DNA of 40,488 nucleotides from Basidiobolus meristosporus CBS 931.73 (taxonomy: Eukaryota; Fungi; Basidiobolomycota), in NCBI GenBank assembly GCA_002104905.1, contig MCFE01000742.1, positions 1 to 40,488 on the forward strand, in the 5' to 3' direction. Below, piece by piece: positions 26,709 through 38,978 of the stretch (positions are counted from its first letter, which is position 1; each line of letters begins with the position of its first letter). The position numbers and the translations under genes are program-made. The notes below the pieces were generated by a model. The model was not told the DNA's origin. It saw only the letters and a program-made list of their open reading frames with translations, and searched no databases.

Positions 26709-29700
26709 TGTTCGAGAGGATTTTGACCACATACACTATTTTCCTGACCCTTATATAGTTGGTAGACACCGCGGATGCAAAATACACTCAAGTGTTACAC
26801 AAGTTTGAACTGATTTTTCGTAGGAACATTCAAGCCCACATGTTTGTAACTGCTAAATTGGTCCAACATTTATGACCAGGCGCAACTAAAAGTCGGTCAT
26901 ACTCTTGTTTTTTACGTAGTGCGCAATCAAAAAATCTTTACTGGCCCAACTTCCATTGACATTAATGGACCCTAATCCTAGAGCAGATGAGCAGTGTTCT
27001 CGTAAAAACATCTTCCCTGTATATCACTTTCCGGTTGAGATGGCCTAGATCAAAGCTTTAGGAGGTATTGTTACCTCATCACCTCTGATTCGATTTATCA
27101 TCTACGGTGCCGAGAGGTTGGGTAGCTCCGTTTTTTTACGTTTTCCCGATAATGTTACGCATGATTTGCTAACTAACACCAATTGACGCCACCTGGTAAA
27201 ACCAGCATGGAGATGTACGACGTGGACGTATTCAGTAATGATCAATGTAAGCACTTTCTCCGTTTCCAACCCAAGATACACCTTATTCGATCAGGTCATT
27301 AGTGCATATAGGCCGTAGTACTTCCGGGCCAGCAATAGCAACGTGTATCAAGGATCCAGATTTTTCATTCTCAAAAGGATCATCGTAGTGTGGCGGATCT
27401 CAAGATTAGCAGTATTGGAGATGTTGAGGTTTGGCTAGCATCGGTTGATCACTACCAAACTCCCAGGAGAGCACTGGCGAAATCATAGAATTTTCATTCC
27501 GAATGGTTTCTTCTTTATCGCTGTGAACCTGCATTGTGGGGGTTGAATGTTACTCGAGCTTCTACAACCCAGCGATTGGCATGAGGACTGCCATTGCCAA
27601 GGTGAAATTACAAGCACCTTCAATATGCTACGTAAATTACCATAATGGTTACATTGCATGGTGCGAAGTGTCGATATTATTAGCAAACTATTAATAGCGC
27701 GTCAATAATCATGGCTTTAGTGCTGTCATCATCAAGATCCCAGCTTCTTGTAACGAATGACATCATGTGGTTTGTAACATGCACCGATGAATGGCAGACT
27801 CTCTCTTAGCTGAGCATATATTATAATGTTAACTAGACCAGGGAAGCGTTTGGATCTCAAGCCAAATTTATCCGAGATTTTTGATGACGAAATCATCGTC
27901 GCTTCAGCGAGGCTTTCTAGATGGGGGCTTGATTTGCACTTTCTATGATATTCGAATGCCTTTCAGTTGGCTAAATTAGTCTAGAAATAGCATGATTGAC
28001 GATTGGCATTCACGGTCTGGTATACGCCATCCTATCGGTGATGAACTTGGTATTGTCCATGGTAGTCTCTCCCGCAGCGATTTCATCCAACCATTCTAGA
28101 CCCTACTGTCAGTTGAGTGGGGTGCTTTCCCACTCAATAGTTGGTATCACATAGGACAGTGGTTCAAAAGCCGGTCTAGCTTGATCCTCATTCAGCTGCC
28201 ACCAAATTACTGTGTGTAACAATCTGGAATTCACCATTCTTCCGCCAGTTTTCTTGAGACATTGGCGTGGTGGAAAACCAGTTTCTTCCGTAAACATCAG
28301 GCAAAGATTGATACTTTTACTGCTTTTGTTAGATTTGGGAGTCCCTCATACTGGTATTTAACTGGCTTGCGGCCAAAACGAAACCTACAGTTAGATGCTA
28401 GGCGATGGGGTAAAAAGGAGAGTAGTTCATCCGAGACATCAGCGGTTTGTGCTAGGCATTTGCTCACTTCGAAAACAGTAGAAGGCTTGATCAACATAAT
28501 TCCACATCGCTAGTTTCATTGTGAGAAACAGATCTGCGCAGTGAGGCTCATTGGCCTTCTACATATCAGACTTTGGGATTCGTACGCGAGCCACAACTCA
28601 TTGTTTGCCATTGCCATATTCAAAGCACTGGTTATTCAGGTCTTGGCGATGCGGCGGATTCCAGATAGGTTGCAAATAGCCCTCCTGCTAAATCAGCAGA
28701 CTGTCCGGCATATCAGGTTAAGTCCAGATATGCTTAAATCACATATGATTGAGCAAGTCGACATGGCTGATTAGTATCACGTTGTTGCCTACCTGCAGCT
28801 TATCCATTGTAGACTGGAAAATCATTCGTATAATAATTCTTAGATTGATACTAGGATCATTTGGCTATCGCAGAATGTGATCAACATATGACTACAATAC
28901 TATTCAACAACAGATTTGCTTTAAGCGTTCTATCTCAACATCCCCAACAACATTGCGGAGGCGATGTGTATGATTGGTAGCTAGAATAGAGAACTTCGTC
29001 AAGCTAACCACTTCAACAAGCAATAATCTAAACAAGCGTGTATAACTCAATTGTGTTGCGACAATTGTGGGCAGATTCGAAAAAAGTGTACATTGTGGTC
29101 TGGAAGGCTGTCTTAAAGTATTCATACTCTCCCAAAGAACATGTGATATTCACAAATTCTACTCTATATTATACGGAACTTCGGATAGGCTTCATTGATG
29201 TAAACTGAATCTATAAATAGGCGTCCAATGATATTAATCTATATTGCGGAGTATGGCTGTCTCTTCACATGCTATGCCACATGATACATGAAAAATTTGC
29301 TTCCATGGCAGATTCAGCTTGGCCAGAATAAACAGTTTTTAACAGTGATCCTATTAGCCTAAAGTATACAGGAGATTAACTTAAAGATACAAATATGGCC
29401 TTTAGCCTGGCTTAGTATATATTTGAAAAATGCTACTAGATTTAGTGTTAGGTCATCAGATCTGAGAGTCTGTGATGATCATTTCAAAGTCATCAAAATA
29501 TTGGGGGGGGGTAGATTTTGGCCTTCCAGTAGACAACCACGTCACTTCATTTCTTATACATCCTTGTCAAGTAGGCCCTCAGCAATGTTCATAATTCACA
29601 ACTCCAAGCACTAGTATTGTCATTGCTAAGTCCTTTTATTTCGAACATGTTACAACAAACAGCTGCGCCGAGGAATATATTTTACTTTAATTATCAGCCA

Positions 29701-31482
29701 TTGTCAACCTGAAAGCAAACAGATCAGCTTACTGTAAATAGATGGCTTACCCCATACTTGCACGCAACTACTCATTGTCATATATGACATAACATGTTCT
29801 TGAGCTCCGCTTTATTGTACTAAAAAGTCGATACTATTGCAGTACTACTGGGGGGCTATAGATGAGTTGTGGATAGCTAGAAGATTTGGATGACATTCAC
29901 CTGCTAGTTTATTGAGTCCATTTTTTCACGTTTAGGATAATTTTGTAGAATTAATCATAGGAGCGTGCTTAGGGAGGTCCGCGGAGGTGGTATATATAGT
30001 TTGGGGTTATCTTGGTGAGTTTGTGAATTCTGATAGCTTCCAAGATTTCACTGATTCAAGAATTAACTATGATCTTAACTGTCGAACCCTGAGTATATAG
30101 GCACTAGGCAAATATCCTACAAACCAAATTGATAGAGCTCTAATAGAGCACTTGTATATTTAGTAGATCCTTGTGTTATCACTTAAAGGAATGCCTTTAG
30201 GAAGGTCACAGGAACCAGGGTTGGGTTTGGGGTAAGTTTGAAATCCAATCACTTCAAAGTCTTCTGGCAATTCTTGGAATTAATAAGTGTCTCAGGACAA
30301 TATTCATACAATTGGCCAAGCAATAAATTATAGTGCTTGAATAATTTAGGCGCTAAACCAAATGATTGCAACAATCTCTATGTGGTGAATACATGCATGG
30401 GAAACGCTGCTATTTAGTTCCAGTGGATCGCTCAAAAGTGGTATCTTCTTGCTTCGTGACTAGCCGCTTTTTGGTGCCCATGGATAAAATTTGCCACATG
30501 TACAAGGGTTTTGTTGTATCAAGCCAGGCATTCCATGATCCGTCACATAATGATAACAAAGTATCACTTGAAAGCATGCTGCATAGATTCGAGGCATTGA
30601 GTACTCAACCTCCATCCTTGCTATAAAAGATGCTCTACAGTCCATGATCTCCAGCTATCCTTCCATACTACCACTGCGTAGCACCCAAAATACCTGCTTC
30701 CAATTGTACACCAGATATGCCCTTCAGTAAGCTCTCCTCAAAAAACACCAGCGTAGGCAGAGTGATGCGTACCATAATCGCATTGCCTAAATATTCTTGG
30801 TGCATCTGATATACATGGCTGACTGGCACCAGTGCGAATGTATCGCTTGAGCATGACTCAAACCCATATTCAGGATGCCACTGAGCAATCCTCGCGTCTA
30901 AGCCACTTAACTGCCAATACCACTGGGCCCAACATGTTGCGAGTAATACAATTGCGGATTTGTGGTTAGGTTACTCCCGAAAATTTCCAATGAACTAGAA
31001 GCCAACAAGTCGCAAGGTGGCTACTACTGATCGTTTGATAGGCCTTCACAGTTGCTGTCACCTTTATTGCGTGGGCTTTGGTCTATGCAGCTTTATCCTC
31101 GTCTTATCGTTGATGAGTATGCTATTGTCATCCTGTTTTGCCGTATACTGGATTGTTCCTGTTCCGAGTATGAGATTTGGCAGATTGTTGCTCTCCTAAT
31201 AAACTGGGTATAGATCGGCCGGCTTGATAGCCATCACGCACCCCATATGATGCTCTTTGCACACGATCAATCGATGACCACAATGGATGGTTCAAGAGGG
31301 TAAACTACATTCCATTTATTTATCAAAAGCGAATCGTGACTCCACATGTCTGCCATGCTGTGAATCCGCACCTACCAATCCGTAGAGCATCAACAGAATG
31401 GAAATCAGCCAAATTTCAGGTCGCTACAGTTGCTGGGTTAGTTGTTATCGATGCAGAAAAAATGGCCAAGTCAAGATGGCCA

Positions 31483-32629
31483 CTATTCCGTCTCCGAGTC
31501 TTCCCGGATCTTCCTGGCTCGCTTGGAGCTTTCTAAACGTTCGCTTTCTAACAAGTCGTCGATGTCGCAGATTCGCCATCTCCAGTTAGGTACCTTGTGT
31601 TCAGGTAGCCATGGCTTCGACATGGCCTCTGCTGGTTCAAAGTATGGGCTCTCAAAACTGACCACCAAGGGGCGTCTGGCGAAGTCGGTTTTAAAGACAT
31701 CGTTATCTCGTTTAAGTTGGAATAGTACATCTGCGTCAAACATGACATCCACTTTGGCGTAAAGGCCTTCATGCAGATCCTGAATAAAACTGCGCTCGGC
31801 TGATTTGATTGTCTTTTTGGAGATCGCTACCTTCAGAGTCATCCATTGAAATATACGATATTGTTCCTGTAGGCTGAACGCTTTCTTGGGCCCCCGGGTC
31901 ACCCAAACGTCTCTCAAGTAAACGTGGTGAACCTTTGGGACCTCGATGTTTAATGTGTATCCTTTACGTTTTAATTCTTCGAGTTCTTTACTGTATCGGT
32001 CATATAAATCGCTTGCTAGCATATCGTTCAAGCGTTCCTTGTTTCCTTCCGATATCCCTGAGAATAATGGTACAAGTGCCAGTTTGGCTAAAACAAGAAG
32101 TTAGAGTTCGGCTCTGATTACCTCTCCCACGACTTCTATGGGAAAGGTACGTTGGTATAGCAGGTCATACCTCCATTCAGAAATTCGCCAGGAAAGTAGT
32201 CCCTAGTAGTGTACGCTTTAATATCCCCAAAGGCAAACCAGGAACTGATCGCCTGGCATAAGCCGACTGGGAGTAAGTTTTGAATAAAGGTAAACGGTTT
32301 GTCGAGCCTATATGGATACTGCTGTATGCGAGCAGGATCAGAGCCGCAAAGCCATGCTATAGATTCGGAAGAGTGAGTTCAGGGTTCTAAGTTAAACTTT
32401 AAGACAAATGCCTCGAGAACTTACGGAAATCGGGTTGTGGGAAGTGCTCTGGTGCGGGGTGGTGGTCCTCCGGTGGAGTCCCTTTAGGTGCAGGAGGTGG
32501 TTGGGGGATGGGCTCGTTCGAGTGCCCAGGGAGTGGTGAGGAAGTGTAACCTCGTATACCCAGAATTCTTGGAACAGTCAGAGCATGTTTTGAGAAAGGT
32601 TTCAATGATAATGGGCGATGTAATAACAT
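31483..32629 (-). CDS. Mitochondrial Tim44-like domain protein (Mba1/MRPL45/MAIP1-like), 3 exons, ~331 aa
   Basis: Exons 32629-32425, 32356-32171, 32087-31483 splice in frame. Basic, acid-free presequence MLLHRPLSLKPFSKHALTVPRILGIRGY; EFLNGAKLAL...ERLNDMLASDLY and terminal WRICDID resemble the Tim44 fold. The family call is by recall, not search. Confidence 0.65.
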
Positions 32630-33518
32630 GTTCAAGTTGCAGAATTTGTGGATGATTTCGTTCATTTAGCAGAAGCAGTCAATCCCTTCGCTTTCGTGGT
32701 CTCAAAGACACGTCGATTGGATCATCACCCAGGCACTACGTCATAAGGCTGTCAAGCAGTGTCTCTGGAGTGGGGTTGGATTGAAGGGCTACCCCATCTC
32801 TGTGCCATCCCATACTCATGCTCTATTTGTTATGTATAATCGACCTCCCCTGACGATCTACCCAATGACCAATAGAATCTTCAGAGAACGGATTTGGTTG
32901 TAGTGTAGCTGAGATGCATTCCTTGTTAGGAATGGTCTCGTGGAAACAGTCAATCATAATGAAATGATTGTGCGAGGTGAAACGGTGTTAAGCGACATGA
33001 TTGTGCAATAATGCCGATCCGGTAAGAGCCCAAGGTGTTTAATACAATAAAGTTGTATCTGAACCCGTCATTCTTACACTAATGGCAGTCCTCCGTACCA
33101 GGGTAGCATTGTCTAGCATTCCCCCGACACATCACACTTCACAACGGTAAGTTGCGAAGGTTCAATCCCCACTCTATGCGCTGTCTGAAAGTTCTACATA
33201 CTAATACCGGAGTCCCAGCCAAGGTATGAACTTACGAACACTATCATCGAATACTCACACAATAAGGAAGAGCTCAATACTCGTCAGCATGCCATAGCAT
33301 TGTGTAGAAGGATGAATCACCGTATGTGCAAATCGGTGGCACACGAAAGTAAGGTAGTATGTACGACAACAACCAATATAAAACCAAGGTACACATTTAT
33401 ATAGGTTAGATTAAGTTAACAAACAAGGATGAGGGGGGTTAGGTTCACACAGCTTCCATTATGAACAAATATTCTACAGATCTTGTACAAAAAAGAAAGC
33501 ACTTTCACAAAAGCGAGT

Positions 33519-34415
33519 TTAAAGCAGTAAGCTAGCAGTGACTGCAGTTAAAGGTAGCAGTAGTTTGGCTTTCACAATAGCTATAATACATATACTAGAG
33601 GCAACCATCGTCAATGCGATGATATACGGTTTCTCTGTTGCCAAAAGGGCCATGGCAATCCGGCTTGCAGCCTGTGATCCCACCAACAGGACGCCACATA
33701 ATAGCACAAAGAGCAAGGGGAATTCAAAAGAAAACAGGCGATTGATCAATCGGACCAGAGTATTGAATAAATATAGCGAAATCAAGAAAACCGCTTGTAC
33801 TAGCATCAACAAACTGGCAATGGCTATGGTCAGGAAGAGCAACACTAGAAATTCTTTGGCACCAGTTATCGCAGCAAACACGCCGGTGATGCCAAAAAGT
33901 AGAAGGAACTGCTTTATCCCGGTGATCGCGACCGCTACGGACGACACTGCGAAGATGATGACCGTCTCCTGAACTCCCAAGAAGCTTGCTACCGTGCTAG
34001 CCAAAACAAATATCCCCAAGAACTTTTGGGTGCTGGTCACAGTGGCGGTGACCAGTGAGAAACTAAATACAATGAAGAATTCCTTTGCAGTGCAAACCAT
34101 CGTTGTGGTCGCCGCCAAAGTTAAAATGGTCAACAGGTCACCCACATTGGGGACCACAGATGCCACTGAAGCTAGTAGCAGTGCCATAAGGAGTTCCCGT
34201 GGGCTGGCCACGACTGCCGCCACAACAATCATCCCCAATATGACCAAGAGCTCATGAGTGACCACAGACATGAGCTTAGCCCGAGTGCTACGTACGAAGG
34301 GGACAACGGAAACCCCCAACGTAGTTCTAAGGTTGACACTTTTGCCGAACAGGGTGATAATTTTAAATGAGGAGATGTTTGGAAGCGGCTGGGGGATGAT
34401 GGGTGATTCGGACAT
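33519..34415 (-). CDS. Hypothetical, extremely hydrophobic protein with eight 19-aa tandem repeats (~298 aa from the second Met)
   Basis: 897-bp open frame; the opposite-strand in-register frame is broken by stops; TATATATA about 120 bp upstream; T-rich 3' flank; exact 57-nt periodicity at 33798-34253. Confidence 0.6.
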   Translation of the reverse strand: MSESPIIPQPLPNISSFKIITLFGKSVNLRTTLGVSVVPFVRSTRAKLMSVVTHELLVILGMIVVAAVVASPRELLMALLLASVASVVPNVGDLLTILTLAATTTMVCTAKEFFIVFSFSLVTATVTSTQKFLGIFVLASTVASFLGVQETVIIFAVSSVAVAITGIKQFLLLFGITGVFAAITGAKEFLVLLFLTIAIASLLMLVQAVFLISLYLFNTLVRLINRLFSFEFPLLFVLLCGVLLVGSQAASRIAMALLATEKPYIIALTMVASSICIIAIVKAKLLLPLTAVTASLLL

Positions 34416-36001
34416 CCTGTACGGTAATATAAACAACTTCCACTGGTATGGGTCAGTATTTGTTCAATGCTATGTGACGCTATCCAAGTGGTTATAACAA
34501 AGAACTCTACGCATTTCGAGGCAGTGTGTCGGCTATATATAGGCCTCAACAAAGTATGACATCAGTGCGGTCGTATGTCAAAATCGGATGGAGAATTACG
34601 AACAAATAACAGCTTACGATGTCAAGGGGTTTGTGAGATCACGATCACCGCCCAAATGGTTGCAGCTCAGATTATCTAGCTAGGGCAACTGAGTCATCCT
34701 GAAGGCGTTTCCTTTCCGCGAGGCCCCATCATTGGTGATCCAGTGATAAAACGGAGTAGAGCACCCACCCACTGTGTTGAGGAGCTGTGCGAGAGCCTGT
34801 TGTTTGCCATGCTGGATTAGATCCCGCTCACGATGGTCTATGATGTGCCTACTTTCTTTGGTATGTCCACTGGCCGATCCGCCACCCATCACTGCGTGAG
34901 TCTGTTAAACACCAAAGCCTGGATCCTGTGGCATCCCAGCCACCTCTGGAAATACTCAAAGCTCGTGAGCCGGGAATGCTTAAGATGCTACAAGATAATG
35001 CGATTCTCGCCATCATATTTGAAACCTCATCAGCGTTGCTTTCGGGCCATCAGGTGACCTTTATTATCTCCAAGAGACATGCACAGATAGCTTGAAGACA
35101 GGCGATTCAGATAATGTAGATGCTCCCGCAGGGCCGTGATTGGCTACGCCGTGGACAAAACCAGTTAGGAAGAGGAGCACCTTGATTATATCCCCGCCAA
35201 ACATTCACCAAAGGGATATTAGTGTCGATAAGTACAATGCATGAAAGATTCACGAAGATTGGCGATGAAAATAATGCGCAACTGTTTCGAGTCTATTTGC
35301 ATTAGCTTTCAATGGAGCAGTGTCATCTATTTGGTGCGAGTGTTAGTCATGCAGTTCCCTATGCCTTGGTGGATCTTGATGTTTGAGATTTCAAATTGGG
35401 AGTAAGATAAGCGGCCTTGAATGCAACTGCGACAACTATTGCGAGATCGTGGTTGGGAGTGGCTTGTGAGGAATGGCTGACTATGGCATGCGTGTTGTGA
35501 TGTCTCAAACGCTTCCGAATCCTCAGCTTCCTACCTGGATGCAAAAGCTGATGACTGCTTTTGATATGCACCGCCGGAAAGGTCGAGCGAAGGCGCCTTT
35601 GAACGTAGCAGCACCATTTTCCTTTGCATGCCGCTAATGTGCTGTCTTATGGTTTATGTTGTATGGATTGCTGCTTTTGGCCGGGGTAAATAGTTATGAT
35701 AAGATAACCTGGATATGAAATACCGGAATTCCTTCATTTAGCCTCAGCAATTCCCGATTAATCAATGCCTGATGTTCACCAGTATGAATAGTCATCCAAC
35801 CCTCAAATACCCGGAACAGCTCGCATGTGATCCGTTTAAAGTAGATCTCCTTGTGATCCGCTACTACGTAGACATTACAATTGAGCCCCCAGCCCATTTA
35901 ATGTCGGCTCTGATGATGCCTAGTAGGGCAGCTCGGATTCTAATATTTAAAGTTGACTTGATTGACTTGTCCGTTGGGCAGTCCATAATGCCAAATGTAC
36001 A

Positions 36002-36050
36002 TACACACACACGCACGCACACACACACACATTTATATATACATATGTGC
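36002..36050. repeat. Compound (CA)n/(CACG)/(TA)n microsatellite
   Basis: TACACACACACGCACGCACACACACACACATTTATATATACATATGTGC. Confidence 0.8.
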
Positions 36051-37014
36051 AGGAATGAATCTAAGCGTGAACATGGATCTTCATCTATGCCAAATATACT
36101 TGAGTGCGTCCTTACTCAATCGACTGGGCGCTGTCAGGTCAACTGCTCACAATTAGTACCGATTGTACAGTGGCTAGTATTGAATATTGCTATCATTTTT
36201 GACCTACAGTAAATGGTGGCTGGGTTTTGTGCTGTCTAGCATGTTCCTACTTGATTGGCTGCCCTCAACCAGTAATCAGCACCAATTATCGACTGCGATA
36301 CACACAGTACACGGCTCAATGGATGTTATATTTACTCTCTGGTTTTAGCAAATTCCTTGATTACAGTACCAAGATAACCGGTATGTGGTAAGGTGCACCA
36401 GATGATTTGTAGGCCTCCGCCTGGATTGCTTCAAGGAGTGTTTGGCAGTGATATGCATGTGTCACTATACATATTTCATATCTGTTGTGGAGATTTAGTT
36501 CTACACATTCTCCAGTATATATTGCCAAGGCACAGGTTGATCAAAGTAAGGGAAACAGGAAAAACCAAGTCTTATTGTTTAGACCTTCAATAATACAAGG
36601 TTAGAGGTACTTTAGATTGAATCCAGTATGAGTGTTTCCTCCAATATCAAGCTTCCTTAATTATAGCATGCACATCAATTTTAAACCATTGCTTTGGCAA
36701 TTGACACAAAAGATTCCTATATTATTACTACTGGCTAAAGATAAGGTAGTTGTGAAATGATGAAGCCTTAACTTACTTACCCTGTGAGAGTATAGCTGTA
36801 ATGTTGAAAGAATCTGCAATATACTGAAAATGTTTGAGAGACCAAGTGTACTATATGATCTTGACATTTTGAATGCAAATGTGGTATTCATAGTTTCATG
36901 TTGTCTTGGCAGAGCAATATGTAAAACAGGCATAGGAAGGACCTAAGAGTATATTCAGAAAGCTTGGACCTATTAGACAACTCTTAGATCATTCATGTCT
37001 CAGGTACATGTCAC

Positions 37015-37464
37015 TTAAGGGAGGGAAAGTCACCAAGGTAGGTGAAATCTTTATTTGATTTCAGACAGGTCTAACTACAAACAAAGAAGCCAGCTGGGAA
37101 TAGAAGATTCCCAAAGTAAACACTAAGTTGAATATGAATAAATCTAAGCTAAAGTTAAGGCAGTATCCCAGAGTACACTGGAGTTCCGGTTCATGGGGGA
37201 GTTAGGTAGATAAGCTTGAGAGATATAATAATCCTTTAGGAAGTGGGTAACAGCAGGTGAAGGGGAGTTTTTGATAAGTGAAGCAAATCTTGAGAGCAGA
37301 GATTCCTCTAATGAGAAGGTCTGGTAAACTGCAGAATCAGGAAACTCTTCAAAGGCATGGTCAGTAGGTTCCCACAAAAATTGGTCAGAGATATTTTGAG
37401 AGAATTGTTTGGCAATACTTTTGTCAAGTACTACCTCTAGAGTGTAATGGTTGATAAATCTCAT
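37015..37464 (-). mobile_element. 5'-truncated ORF1-only LINE-like unit (B2)
   Basis: 37021-37464 is a roughly 90% identical direct repeat of 38223-38664. It encodes the ORF1 C-terminus (MRFINHYTLEVVLDK...ALTLA*), followed about 90 nt later by AATAAA, the hairpin tail and TTAAGGG (plus strand). Confidence 0.7.
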
Positions 37465-38174
37465 TTAATAGGGGGGTGGGAAAGTCTCCAAGTTGGTGAA
37501 ATCTTTATTTGAGTCAAGAACTAATCTAAGTACAAATAAAGAAGCCAAGTAAGTAGTCTAGAATCTCTCTAATAAGTAATCTAGCTTATGTTTTGTCTCA
37601 TCTCTAATGTTTGTTTCAACAAAGTAAAGCTTATGAGGGGTAAATGTAAAATAGAAGGGTTTTGGGGGAAGTACTAATTGTAGATGCTTCTGATCAAATA
37701 ATCCAAGACTGGAACCAAGCCTGGGACTAGGTGTAGTAGGAAAGGTGTGTGGACTTGTAAGTAGCTCTGCAACATAGATCTTGGATGGTCCTGTGCCAGT
37801 AGCCATGATTTCTTAGCTTTTTGAAGTGTTGAAGCAAGCTCTGTTACTACAGCAGAGCCAACCAGGGTGTGCCAGCAGGAAGATGTTAGAGAGGAGTTAG
37901 ATTTAAGCCATTGTTTGATGGAGGGGTTATGTAATTTCTGAAGTTTGACTAGGAAGGAAGCATGGAGATAGACCATTTGGATTTGGTATGGGTAGAACCC
38001 AAAGGCTCCTTTAGTTGCATGCATATTGGGAGATACTGGAAGATAGGGTACCAAGGATCTGATACACTGATGGAGAAGTTTATATTCAGGTGGAACTTTG
38101 AGTCAGTGCCATGTTGAAAAAATGGCAGGCCTAGATATATTGCTGTAGGTTTTGGCAGAATGCTAGTGTTCTGT
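37465..38174 (-). mobile_element. 5'-truncated, internally deleted RT-encoding LINE unit (A')
   Basis: Peptides IQNTSILPKPTAIYLGLPFFQHGTDSKFHL and CIRSLVPYLP...GAFGFYPYQI...SCWHTLVG are homologous to unit A (39291-39987). Ends in the shared 3' tail 37465-37547. Confidence 0.8.
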
Positions 38175-38226
38175 ATAGGGTTAGGGTGTAGGTGTTATAG
38201 TCAGGGCTAGGAAAGGGTAGGGGAGG
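38175..38226 (+). repeat. Degenerate telomere-like tract at the B1/A' junction
   Basis: ATAGGG TTAGGG TGTAGG TGTTATAG TCAGGG CTAGGA AAGGG TAGGGG AGG: one perfect and several variant TTAGGG units. Confidence 0.5.
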
Positions 38227-38978
38227 GAAAGTCACCAAGGTAGGTGAAATCCTTATTTGATTTCAGACAAGTTTAACTGCAAATAAAGAAGCCAGCTGGG
38301 AATAGAAGATTCCCAAAGTAAACACTAAGTTGAATATGAATAAATCTAAGCTAAAGTTAAGGCAGTATCCCAGAGTACACTGGAGTTCAGGTTCATGGGG
38401 GAGTGAAGTAGATAAGCTTGAGGGATATAATAATCCTTTAGGAAGTGGGTACAGCAGGTGAAGGGGAGTTTTTGATAAGTGAAGTGAATCTTGAGATCAG
38501 AGACTCCTCTAATGAGAAGGTCTTGTAAACTGGAGAATCAGGAAACTCTTTAAAGGCATGGTTGGAAGGTTCCACTAAAACTGATCAGAGACATTTTGAG
38601 AGAATTGTTTGGCAATACTTTTGTCAAGTACTACCTCCAGAGTGTGATGGTTGATAAATCTCATGTTGACAATCTTGGATAAGTTATAACCTTGTTGCTT
38701 GAGATACATCCTATGCTCAGATATAGGAATAAACTCCACATTGGCAAAGTAGCAGACAGCCCAGTCAGTAGCAGGAGGCAAATCAAAAGTGGCAGGAAAC
38801 TTTCTTTTGGTCTTGGGAGAAGCAGCAGGATGTCTTGAGGAAGCAGAAACAGACTTTTTGACAACTTCAGAGTAGGAAGAGTGAGCAGGAGCAGATGATT
38901 CTTGGGGAGTCTTGTTGGCAGGAAGAGTTGGCACAGGGACAATAAATTCTTGCAGATCAGAGAAGGCAGAAAAGAGCT
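38217..38978 (-). mobile_element. 5'-truncated ORF1-only LINE-like unit (B1)
   Basis: Frame open from the junction (PLKLFSAFSDLQEF...SYSEVVKK...RMYLKQQGYNLSKIVNMRFINHHTLEVVL), with a stop/frameshift at ~38575. SY-x-x-VVK is typical of LINE ORF1. No ORF2 lies between ORF1 and the shared 3' tail 38217-38295. Confidence 0.7.

Noticed and set aside
28010-28297. HET-domain-like words (RLLH...FEPLSY; WLD) on the minus strand
   Set aside because: Interrupted by stops and lacking the WG and CI-x-Q consensus; likely chance or an unidentifiable pseudogene.
30660-31200. Protein-like open frames on the minus strand without a start codon
   Set aside because: No coherent splice model or recognisable motif could be built by eye; may be a pseudogene.
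33538-34497. Plus-strand K/N/T-rich ORFs opposite the hydrophobic repeat protein
   Set aside because: One frame broken by two stops; the composition is the expected reverse complement of NTN codons on the minus strand.
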